Source: an uncultured cyanobacterium (GTDB lineage Bacteria > Cyanobacteriota > Cyanobacteriia > CAKZMO01). Taken from it: DNA of 64,000 nucleotides. The translations under genes and the position numbers were made by a program. The stretch spans positions 512,001-576,000 of the forward strand of contig CAVRCJ010000003.1 of assembly GCA_963719515.1 (NCBI GenBank), given 5' to 3'. Below are positions 56,151 to 64,000 of the stretch, piece by piece. The number at the start of each line of letters is the position of its first letter. Within the stretch, counting starts at the first letter, position 1. The notes beneath the pieces were generated by a model, which was not told the origin of the DNA, did not search any database, and saw only the letters and a program-made list of their open reading frames with translations.

Positions 56151-56756
56151 ATGGCATACGTCCTATCTCAACCCCTGACCTTCGAGGCCTTTTTGGCTCA
56201 ATATGGTGACAGCCCTCGCTATGAGCTAGCCGATGGAGAGCTGATTGATATGGAACCCACCGGCCCCCATGAAGCCGTTGCAGGCAAAGTCACCAGCAAG
56301 CTCAACATCGAGCTGGAGCGCCAAAGCCATCCGTGGTTTATTCCCCGAACCTGCATCATCCGGCCTTTCTCCGACGTAGCCACCGCCCGACGCCCCGACG
56401 TTATCGTTTTGGATGAAACAGCCCTCGTCAATGAGCCGCTATGGGAGCGAGAACCAGTGATTACGCTAGGAACGTCAATTAAGCTAATCGTCGAGGTGGT
56501 CAGCACGAACTGGGAAACTGATTATGCCCGCAAGGTGGACGAATACGCCTTACTGGGTATACCTGAATACTGGATAGTAGACTATCGCGGTCTAGGTGGC
56601 ATAGCATTCATCGGCAGACCAAAACAACCCACTATTACCGTCTGCCAGCTCATGGGGGATGATTACGATCAGGCCCAGTACCGTCTTGGACAGGTTATTA
56701 AATCAGCTCTACTACCAGCGCTGCAGCTTAAGCTTGATGACGTGCTGCCTCGATAG
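56151..56756 (+). CDS. Uma2 (DUF820) family endonuclease-like protein
   Basis: RYELADGELI, RRPDVIV, EVVSTNW...K, GIPEYWIVD; AGGAG RBS. Confidence 0.92.
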   Translation: MAYVLSQPLTFEAFLAQYGDSPRYELADGELIDMEPTGPHEAVAGKVTSKLNIELERQSHPWFIPRTCIIRPFSDVATARRPDVIVLDETALVNEPLWEREPVITLGTSIKLIVEVVSTNWETDYARKVDEYALLGIPEYWIVDYRGLGGIAFIGRPKQPTITVCQLMGDDYDQAQYRLGQVIKSALLPALQLKLDDVLPR

Positions 56757-56898
56757 ATCTATCGTTCGTCTCGTCGTCGCTACGATGATTGGTTCGATGG
56801 CGGCGGGCGATCGCCGCATAGAACAACTCGCACACCGACCTTCGCGACCGGCGATCGCCCATTAGCCTGAGCAATCCGAGCGTCAACAATAAAAAAAA

Positions 56899-56971
<73 letters not shown>

Positions 56972-57064
56972 GCAGCGCCACGTTTATTCGACGCTTTACT
57001 AAACTAGCAAAGAACCCCGTCCTTTGACAAGGAAATTGTCCTTCGTGACTCTGGTTACGGCTGC

Positions 57065-57955
57065 TCAGCCAGCACTGACGCCAGATAAGGCTGGGGCAGA
57101 GGTCTCAGTCGTGCCTGAGGCACTTGCCTCCTCGGTAGCTGAGGCGGCATAAACCTCACAGGAATTGTTGGGGCTCTCGATTAAAACCACCTTGTGCAGC
57201 GCAGCTCCCGTTTCGCGCATCGGAGCCTCCAGCAGATCGCGAATGCGGACGGCGATATTCTCTGCCGTGGGCACCACCTGCTCGAAGTAGGGAATATCCT
57301 TGTTGAGGAACATGTGGTCAAACGGCTCAATCACCTGGTCGTCGAGGATCTGCTGCAGCTGCCCGAGGTCGGCAATCATGCCCGTACGGGGATCGATTTC
57401 GCCCTTGACGGTGACCTCTAGGTGGTAGTTGTGGCCGTGGCCATTGACACGAGCACACTTGCCGTAGATCTCTAGATTTTCCTCAAGGCTGAGGTGCGGC
57501 AGCGCCAGACGGTGGGCGGCGCTGAAGTGGGTTTTGATGGTGAGATAGGCTTCCATATTTTGTCCTTCGTAGTCTGCCCAAAGCTCAGGATGCTCAAAAA
57601 GTCGAATGCGCGTCAGCGGCAGATGCGGAGCCAGCCGCTGCCAAATGACGCGGGCAATGTTCTCGGTGGTGGGCAGGGTCTCCTCAAACTCGGGCCAGGC
57701 GTCATTTAGATAAGAGAAGTCCAGCTGCCCGGTCACCTCTCGCTTGATTACCTGCTTGACCTCCGAGAGGTTGAGCACCATGCCGTATTGGTCTAGCTCT
57801 CCCTCAATTGACACATACAGCAGGTAGTTATGCCCGTGGCCAGGGAACCGGGCGCATTGGCCAAACTGCGCGGCGTTTGCGCTCGGGCTCAGCTCGGGTA
57901 GCCAGTAGCGGTGGCTTGCGGAGAACTGAGCCCGCCTGTGAATAATGCATTTCAT
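57065..57955 (-). CDS. queD: Two-domain 6-carboxytetrahydropterin synthase / PTPS
   Basis: Duplicated FSA.HR...C...GHGHNY...PT.ENIA domains. Confidence 0.88.
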   Translation of the reverse strand: MKCIIHRRAQFSASHRYWLPELSPSANAAQFGQCARFPGHGHNYLLYVSIEGELDQYGMVLNLSEVKQVIKREVTGQLDFSYLNDAWPEFEETLPTTENIARVIWQRLAPHLPLTRIRLFEHPELWADYEGQNMEAYLTIKTHFSAAHRLALPHLSLEENLEIYGKCARVNGHGHNYHLEVTVKGEIDPRTGMIADLGQLQQILDDQVIEPFDHMFLNKDIPYFEQVVPTAENIAVRIRDLLEAPMRETGAALHKVVLIESPNNSCEVYAASATEEASASGTTETSAPALSGVSAG

Positions 57956-58054
57956 GGCGCTTGGGGGGAATACGCAGTTACCTCCTATACGATAGACGCT
58001 CTTGCCCAGACCAGCCAGGCAAAACCAAACAGCAGCGATCGCAGCGGCTACCCC

Positions 58055-59818
58055 TTACCCCCCAATCCCAGACGACCACTGGCCTCCAGCGCTGCGCATG
58101 CGGTTTAGGGCTGCCGCCAGCTCGAAGCGGCGAAACCCGGCCAGACCGCCGTCAGGGCAGGCTGCGGCGCTGGGGATTATGGCGTCTAGACCCTGCCGGT
58201 TTAACAGGTCCATTAGCTGCGTGAGCTGGGCATCTAGCGATTCGCCCGGTCGCCCCTCGCTCAGCTGCTCAAAGTGCAGAATGGCATAGCCGATGGCCCG
58301 CGTTTGGGCCTCATCTACTAGCTGGGCGGCCCTCAGGTCGATCAGATCGCGGTTTAGGCTCAGCTGATTGAGGTCTCGCACCTTTACTTTCACCCGGCGA
58401 TCGCCCCTCGAAAGCCGCCCGGCGAGCTCAAGGCGACGCGGCCTCACCGGCCCAAAGTCCCCGTCCGCATCCTGGAGCCGCGCGGTGCCGTACTCCTGGG
58501 CGATGGCCTTGGCCCGCTGCGTCAGATCCTCCGGGGCAAAGGCCGTCATACCCACCACCACCGTCGCCGCCTCGAAGTAGTCGCCGCTGCCCCCCATCAC
58601 CATCACCGTCGAGACGCCGTGGACTTTGTACAGGGCCTCCACTCGGTCTACAAACGGCGTAATCGGCTCGTTGTCCTTGGCAATCAGCGCCTGCATGCGG
58701 CGATCGCGAATCATAAAGTTGGTGGCGCAGGTGTCCTCGTCCAGTAGCAGCGCCGTCGCCCCCACCGCCAGCGCCTCGATGATGCTGGCGGCTTGGGAGG
58801 TGCTGCCGCTGGCGTTGTCGGTGCTAAAGGCGGTGGTGGGCTGGTGGTTCTGGTTACCCTGGCTCAGGCCACTCTGGGGCAGGCCGTTAATAAAAGGCGA
58901 AATATCGACCTTGGCCACGGGCCGCCCGTCTTCTGCCCGGACGCTCACCGCCCCCGCATCCGTCACCACCCACTCCCGCCCGTCCCCCGGCACATGGTTA
59001 TAGACGCCCTGGGCGATCGCCTTGAGCAGGGTAGATTTGCCGTGGTAGCCGCCCCCCACAATGAGGCTGATGCCTCGCGGGAGGCCCATGCCGGTGATGG
59101 GGCCGTAGTGGGGGCGCTCAAAGCTTACCCGCAGGGTGGGGGGAGCGCTAAAGGGGAGGCCGCCGGTTAAGGGGCGATCGCTGACGCCGCTTTGTCTGGG
59201 CAGGACTGCACCGTCGGCTACAAACGCCACTAGCCCCCGAGCGGCCAGCTGACGCCGCAGCCAGTCGGCGTCTTCGGCGGTGTTGAGGTGTTGCTCTAGA
59301 GCTTTTGCATCCAGGCTGCCGTATTCCAGCTGCGCCGCCAGCTGCGGCACCACCTCGCACAGCAGCTGGGCCGCCTGCCGCCCTAAAATTCGCCGACCTT
59401 GGGCCGGAAGCCCCACCGTAAAGCGCACCTCAACGCCGCCCCCTGACAGCACCACGGCGCTGCGCTCCAGTATGGCCTGCCCCGCTGAGGCGATCGCCAC
59501 TACCCCACTCTTGCCGCTGCCCCGCTGCCCCAAGGTGTATTGGGCATGTCGGGCGATCGCGCTTTGGAACTGCCGCGTCAGGAAGTCCCGCAGGGCCACC
59601 TCGCGGCTGCGGGTGGCGGAGCAGTCGGCGGGAAGCTGGGCGGTAGCTTGAGGAAGCTTGAGGCGCAGCTGGCTGGGGGCGGCAAAGGGGTCGGCCTGCA
59701 CCCGGTCCACCCACAGCGTGAAGCTGGGGAAGGAATACGGCCCCTTTAGCTGCCTATACGCGCCGTAGCTCTGACCGTCGAGGGCATGGAGGCGATCGCG
59801 TAGGTCGGTAGGTGTCAT
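58055..59818 (-). CDS. ABC-class ATPase domain protein of unknown function
   Basis: VQADPFAAPS, GGGYHGKST, NASGSTSQAA, LDEDTCATNFMIRD, RRFELAAALNR. Confidence 0.85.
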   Translation of the reverse strand: MTPTDLRDRLHALDGQSYGAYRQLKGPYSFPSFTLWVDRVQADPFAAPSQLRLKLPQATAQLPADCSATRSREVALRDFLTRQFQSAIARHAQYTLGQRGSGKSGVVAIASAGQAILERSAVVLSGGGVEVRFTVGLPAQGRRILGRQAAQLLCEVVPQLAAQLEYGSLDAKALEQHLNTAEDADWLRRQLAARGLVAFVADGAVLPRQSGVSDRPLTGGLPFSAPPTLRVSFERPHYGPITGMGLPRGISLIVGGGYHGKSTLLKAIAQGVYNHVPGDGREWVVTDAGAVSVRAEDGRPVAKVDISPFINGLPQSGLSQGNQNHQPTTAFSTDNASGSTSQAASIIEALAVGATALLLDEDTCATNFMIRDRRMQALIAKDNEPITPFVDRVEALYKVHGVSTVMVMGGSGDYFEAATVVVGMTAFAPEDLTQRAKAIAQEYGTARLQDADGDFGPVRPRRLELAGRLSRGDRRVKVKVRDLNQLSLNRDLIDLRAAQLVDEAQTRAIGYAILHFEQLSEGRPGESLDAQLTQLMDLLNRQGLDAIIPSAAACPDGGLAGFRRFELAAALNRMRSAGGQWSSGIGG

Positions 59819-59837
59819 GGCGGGAAGTGATCGATCT

Positions 59838-59858
59838 TTTTAGTCAAACTCACTATAA
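59838..59858. promoter_or_regulatory. NrtR operator overlapping a TATAAT -10
   Basis: TTTTAGT-CAAACTC-ACTATAA, a GT-N7-AC palindrome upstream of the NAD operon that encodes NrtR. Confidence 0.72.
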
Positions 59859-60006
59859 TCGGGTTAAGCTAGAGTTCACCCTACCCACCGGGACATCACG
59901 GGTTATCTAGAACCATTGAGTGCTCTTAGCTGGCCCGCGCTTTAGGGTGCTGTTGGTCACTAGGGTGTTTCACCCCTCACTGTGCCGATTGGCTACGCTT
60001 CGCAAT

Positions 60007-60150
60007 CGCCCGCGCGTAAACGGCGGGCTACTGAGGGCCGTCCACTGAAGCGGACTCCGGAGAAGGTCAAGCTGCTGAAACGACTTCTGAGCATGGCTTT
60101 AGCCTACTTTAGTAGGTGACCTCTACTAGCCCGCGATTTATCTGTGGGTG
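60007..60150. repeat. REP-like inverted doublet (two ~50-bp double-hairpin units)
   Basis: Reverse complement of 60007-60056 aligns without gaps to 60101-60150. Confidence 0.65.
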
Positions 60151-60272
60151 AGGTCAAAGCGAAGCCAAACCTCATCGGGGGTTGCCCCTCTATTCGCCAG
60201 CAGCAGCATTATGTTCGCGGATGGACTGAACGCTCTCAGACAATTTTTTCGCAGATAGACCCTGCGGCAGCC

Positions 60273-61634
60273 ATGGACTCCTCCTTAAATCTCTCCCCAA
60301 TCGACTATGGCCTGCTCACCGACCTGTACGAGCTGACCATGACGGCCTGCTACGTTGGGGAAGAAATTCACCAGCACCCCGCCAGCTTTGAGGTGTTTTT
60401 GCGCCGCTTGCCAGAGGACTTTGGATACCTGATCGCCGCTGGCCTAGAGCAGGTTCTAGACTACCTCACCCATCTCCACTTCAGCCCAGAGCAGCTGCAG
60501 CAGCTTCGGGACACGGGGCTGTTTGGCCGAGCGCCAGAGCAGTTTTGGTCGCTGCTAGCGGAGGCCAAGTTTACTGGGGAGGTATGGGCGGCTCCGGAGG
60601 GGACGGCCCTGTTTGCCTACGAGCCTCTACTGCGAATTGATGCCCCCCTGTGGCAGGCGCAGCTTGTAGAAACCTATTTGCTCAACACCATTAACTACCA
60701 GACCCTGGTGGCGACGAGGGCCGCGCAGCTGCGGGACGTAGCTGGTGATGACGCCACCCTGCTAGAATTTGGCAGCCGCCGCGCCTTTGGCCCCCAGGCC
60801 TCGCTCTGGGCGGCGCGGGCGGCGATCGCGGGGGGCATGGACGCCACCTCCAACGTGCTGGCGGCGCTCAAGCTAGGGCAAACCCCCAGCGGCACTATGG
60901 CCCATTCCCTGGTGATGGCCCTTTCCGCCCTAGAAGAGAGTGAGGACGCCGCCTTTACCGCCTTCCTCAAGTACTTCCCGGACTCAGCCCTACTGGTGGA
61001 CACCTACGACACCCTAGAGGCGGTGGACCGGCTGGCACAGCGGGCCAAGGCGGGCCTAGAAATTAAAGCGGTGCGGCTAGACTCAGGAGATTTAGTCGAG
61101 CTGTCTCAAGCGGTGCGATCGCGGCTGCCGGGGGTTACCATCTTGGCCAGCGGTGACCTCGACGCCCGGGAAATCGCGCGGCTGCAGGAGGCCGGAGCGG
61201 AGATTGACGGCTACGGCATCGGCACGAAGCTGGTGACGGGGCAGCCCGTCAACGGGGTTTACAAGCTGGTGAACATCAACGGCGTCCCTATCATGAAGGG
61301 GGCCACCGGCAAGACCATGCTGCCGGGACGCAAGCAGATTTTTCGGCAAGTTGACGACGGCGGGCAGCTTCAGCAGGATTGCCTGGGGCTAGCGGACGAC
61401 GATCCCGCTAAGTTCGGAACCCCGCTGCTAGGCTGCGTCATGCGGCAGGGAGAACGTCTAATCTCCCCTGAACCGCTCAGCCAAATTGCGGCCAGAACCC
61501 GGCAGTCAGTGCGATCGCTGCCGGAGCAGGTGCGCTATCCCTCCCGCCCCGGCACCTGCTCCCCCATCATTTCTGAGGCGCTTCAGGATGTGGCGCAGCG
61601 CACCCGCAGCAAAATCCAGTCTCTAGACCGCTGA
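60273..61634 (+). CDS. pncB: Nicotinate phosphoribosyltransferase
   Basis: LLTDLYELTM, EFGSRRA, GTMAHS, LVDTYD, VRLDSGD. Confidence 0.95.
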   Translation: MDSSLNLSPIDYGLLTDLYELTMTACYVGEEIHQHPASFEVFLRRLPEDFGYLIAAGLEQVLDYLTHLHFSPEQLQQLRDTGLFGRAPEQFWSLLAEAKFTGEVWAAPEGTALFAYEPLLRIDAPLWQAQLVETYLLNTINYQTLVATRAAQLRDVAGDDATLLEFGSRRAFGPQASLWAARAAIAGGMDATSNVLAALKLGQTPSGTMAHSLVMALSALEESEDAAFTAFLKYFPDSALLVDTYDTLEAVDRLAQRAKAGLEIKAVRLDSGDLVELSQAVRSRLPGVTILASGDLDAREIARLQEAGAEIDGYGIGTKLVTGQPVNGVYKLVNINGVPIMKGATGKTMLPGRKQIFRQVDDGGQLQQDCLGLADDDPAKFGTPLLGCVMRQGERLISPEPLSQIAARTRQSVRSLPEQVRYPSRPGTCSPIISEALQDVAQRTRSKIQSLDR

Positions 61635-61652
61635 GTCCAAGCAGCTGCGCCC

Positions 61653-61694
61653 AAATCGGGCAAGTCCAATCGGCTAAGTTCAATCGGCTAAGTC
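61653..61694 (+). repeat. 3 x 14-bp tandem repeat (CAATCGGCTAAGTY)
   Basis: Seen directly between pncB and nadD. Confidence 0.7.
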
Positions 61695-61741
61695 AGTCTG
61701 CCCATTCTTCCCTTCCCCTTACCCTCTCCTAGCATTGCCCT

Positions 61742-62347
61742 ATGACTTCGATTGCCCTGTTTGGTACTAGCGCTGACCCCCCGACCGCAGGCCATCAGCA
61801 AATTCTTGGCTGGCTGTCGCATCGGTTTGACCGGGTGCTGGTTTGGGCCTCCGACAACCCGTTTAAGCACCACCAAACCCCCATCGAGCACCGGGCCTCC
61901 ATGCTGCGGCTGCTGATTGACGACCTCGACCCCCACCGCTCTAACATTCACTGCGACCAAGGGCTCAGCAACTCCAGAACGCTGGTTACCGTAGCGCGAT
62001 CGCGGCAGCGCTACCCCGAAGCAGACTTGACCCTGGTGGTCGGCTCCGACCTGCTTGACCAGCTGCACAGCTGGTATCGAGTTGACGATCTGCTGAGCCA
62101 GGTGCAGCTGCTGGTTGTGCCTCGTCCGGGCTATCCCGTGCGCTCAGCGCCTCTGGCTCAGCTGCGCCGGATGGGGGCGATCGTTGAGCTGGCGGACCTG
62201 ACGGGGCTGCCGGTGTCCTCCTCGGCCTACCGCGAAGCAGGGGATCTGACGGCCATTACGCCTCCGGTCAAGGCCTATATCCACCGAGAACATTTGTACA
62301 CATGTCAACAGCCCAAGGTCAAGCCAAACCCGCAGACGTTTGCGTGA
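61742..62347 (+). CDS. nadD: Nicotinate-nucleotide adenylyltransferase
   Basis: ALFGTSADPPTAGH, VVGSDL...W, VSSSAYR. Confidence 0.9.
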   Translation: MTSIALFGTSADPPTAGHQQILGWLSHRFDRVLVWASDNPFKHHQTPIEHRASMLRLLIDDLDPHRSNIHCDQGLSNSRTLVTVARSRQRYPEADLTLVVGSDLLDQLHSWYRVDDLLSQVQLLVVPRPGYPVRSAPLAQLRRMGAIVELADLTGLPVSSSAYREAGDLTAITPPVKAYIHREHLYTCQQPKVKPNPQTFA

Positions 62348-63027
62348 GTGTCGAGAGCGTCATCTTCTCTGTGGATATCGCTCAAGGTCGACTGCTGGTG
62401 CTGCTCGTCATGCGACAAGAGCCGCCCTACTGCGGGCGGTGGAGCCTGCCGGGGACGCTGGTTTTGGGGAACGAATCCCTGGAGGCGGCGGCGTACCGGG
62501 TGCTGTCTGAGACAATTCGAGTGGATAACCTATACCTAGAGCAGCTCTACACCTTTGGCGGCCCCGAGCGCGACCCGAGGGAAGCTGCGGGGCGTCGCTA
62601 CCTGTCGGTGAGCTATTTTGCGCTAGTGCGGTTTGCGGAAGCGGAGCTGGTTGTCCCTGACAGCAAGGCCGACAGCAGCGCCATCGCCTGGCACCCACTC
62701 GACCAGGTGCCCAACCTAGCTTTCGACCACAGCGAAATCCTCCGCTACGGCGATCGCCGCCTGCGCAACAAGCTCGAATATAGCCCCATTGCCTTTGACG
62801 TGCTGCCGGAGACGTTTACCCTAGGGGACCTCTATCAGCTCTACTGCACGGTGCTGGGGGACCAGTTTTCTGACTACTCAAACTTCCGCGCCCGCCTGCT
62901 CAAGCTAGGGTTTTTGACCGATACGGGGATCAAGGTCTCTCGGGGGGCGGGCAGGCCCGCGAGCCTGTATCGGTTCGACTCGGAAAAGTTTGCCCCTTTC
63001 AAAGGCAAGCCGCTGGTGTTTGTCTAA
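62302..63027 (+). CDS. nrtR: NrtR Nudix-wHTH transcriptional regulator
   Basis: WSLPG, LEQLYTFG..RDPR, LAFDH, FTLGDLY, NFR, GRPASLYRF. Confidence 0.88.
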   Translation: MSTAQGQAKPADVCVSVESVIFSVDIAQGRLLVLLVMRQEPPYCGRWSLPGTLVLGNESLEAAAYRVLSETIRVDNLYLEQLYTFGGPERDPREAAGRRYLSVSYFALVRFAEAELVVPDSKADSSAIAWHPLDQVPNLAFDHSEILRYGDRRLRNKLEYSPIAFDVLPETFTLGDLYQLYCTVLGDQFSDYSNFRARLLKLGFLTDTGIKVSRGAGRPASLYRFDSEKFAPFKGKPLVFV

Positions 63028-63069
63028 TGCAGCATCAACCCCAACAGTGTTTCACGACAGTTTGACCTT

Positions 63070-64000
63070 ATGAAAATTGCAATCGCTCAGCTCAACCCCA
63101 TCATTGGCGACCTGCCGGGTAACGCAGAGAAAATTGTGGCGGCGGCGCGGCAGGCGGCGGCAGCGGGGGCCCAACTCTTGCTCACCCCCGAGATGTCAAT
63201 TTCAGGCTACCCGCCGCGAGACCTGCTGCTGCGTCCGGGCTTTGTGAGCGCCATGGCCCAGCAGGTCGAGGAACTGGCGGCGCGGCTTCCGGCAGACCTG
63301 TTTACGCTGGTGGGCTATGCCCAGCCCAACCCTCTAGCCGACAAGCAGGGAGAAAAGCCGCTGTTCAACAGTCTGGCGCTGCTGCACCACGGCCAAAATC
63401 AAGCCCAATTCCACAAGCGGCTGCTGCCCACCTACGACGTGTTCGACGACAAGCGCTACTTTGCCCCCGGTCCGGGCCACAACCTACTCGAAATTGACGG
63501 CGTCAAAATTGGCATCACCATCTGCGAAGACGTCTGGAACGACGAAGAATTTTGGGGGCGGCGCAGCTACACCCTCAATCCCCTGGCAGATTTGGTCAGC
63601 CAGGGCGCTCAGCTGATCGTCAACGTCTCGGGGTCGCCCTACAGCCTCGGGAAGCAGCGACTGCGGGAGGAGATGCTCACCCACGCCGCCGCGCGGCACG
63701 GCGTCCCGGTGCTCTACGTGAATCAGGTGGGGGGAAATGACGATCTGGTTTTTGACGGCAGCAGCGTGGGCGTCAACCCTAGCGGCGTCGTTTGTCGGGC
63801 CAAGTCGTTCGAGCCAGACTTTTTGGCGGCCGAGTTTGACGCTAAAGCCGGGAGCCTCAAGCCGGGACCGGTCTATCCTCTGGCTGACAGCGACGCGGCT
63901 GAGCTGTGGGAAGCGCTGGTGCTGGGGGTGAAGGACTACGCGGGCAAGTGCGGCTTCTCGAAAGTGCTGCTGGGGCTGAGCGGCGGCGTGGACTCGGCCC
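63070..64000 (+). CDS. nadE: Glutamine-dependent NAD+ synthetase (partial, runs off the window)
   Basis: MKIAIAQLNPIIGD, PEMSISGYPPRD, KRLLPTYDVFD, ICEDVW, LGLSGGVDS. Confidence 0.95.
   Translation, partial: MKIAIAQLNPIIGDLPGNAEKIVAAARQAAAAGAQLLLTPEMSISGYPPRDLLLRPGFVSAMAQQVEELAARLPADLFTLVGYAQPNPLADKQGEKPLFNSLALLHHGQNQAQFHKRLLPTYDVFDDKRYFAPGPGHNLLEIDGVKIGITICEDVWNDEEFWGRRSYTLNPLADLVSQGAQLIVNVSGSPYSLGKQRLREEMLTHAAARHGVPVLYVNQVGGNDDLVFDGSSVGVNPSGVVCRAKSFEPDFLAAEFDAKAGSLKPGPVYPLADSDAAELWEALVLGVKDYAGKCGFSKVLLGLSGGVDSA

Overview
Cyanobacterial chromosome segment. Evidence: many HIP1 GCGATCGC sites and photosynthesis genes (apcD, psbI, petBD, ndhF1/ndhD1, ctpA/ctpB). hetR is present with no nif or other het genes in view, which fits a filamentous, probably non-heterocystous strain. 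Most of the window is core genome: glmS, rimK, csaB, acpP-fabF-tkt, ispG, leuB, phosphoketolase, bioY-lspA, queD, pncB-nadD-nrtR-nadE, tRNA-Arg(CCG) and tRNA-Phe(GAA). Accessory parts: (1) an IS200/IS605-family TnpB element (16228-17710) splitting the DUF2499/DUF3593 gene pair. (2) A three-gene module (NfeD-like, ECF-like sigma factor, peptidoglycan-binding protein; 23387-25439) in which every gene is preceded by the same GTCACA-N13-RWCACW motif. (3) A variable island between lspA and tRNA-Phe, holding a beta-helix protein, a triply frameshifted caspase-STAND-TM-pentapeptide gene, a 423-bp non-coding element with the same ends as the TnpB IS, and a highly structured switch-like leader ahead of a small unknown gene. 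Also seen: two unannotated microprotein ORFs, a candidate sRNA, an NrtR operator, a REP-like doublet and gene fossils. All family assignments come from motif recognition by eye; no searches or folding programs were run.
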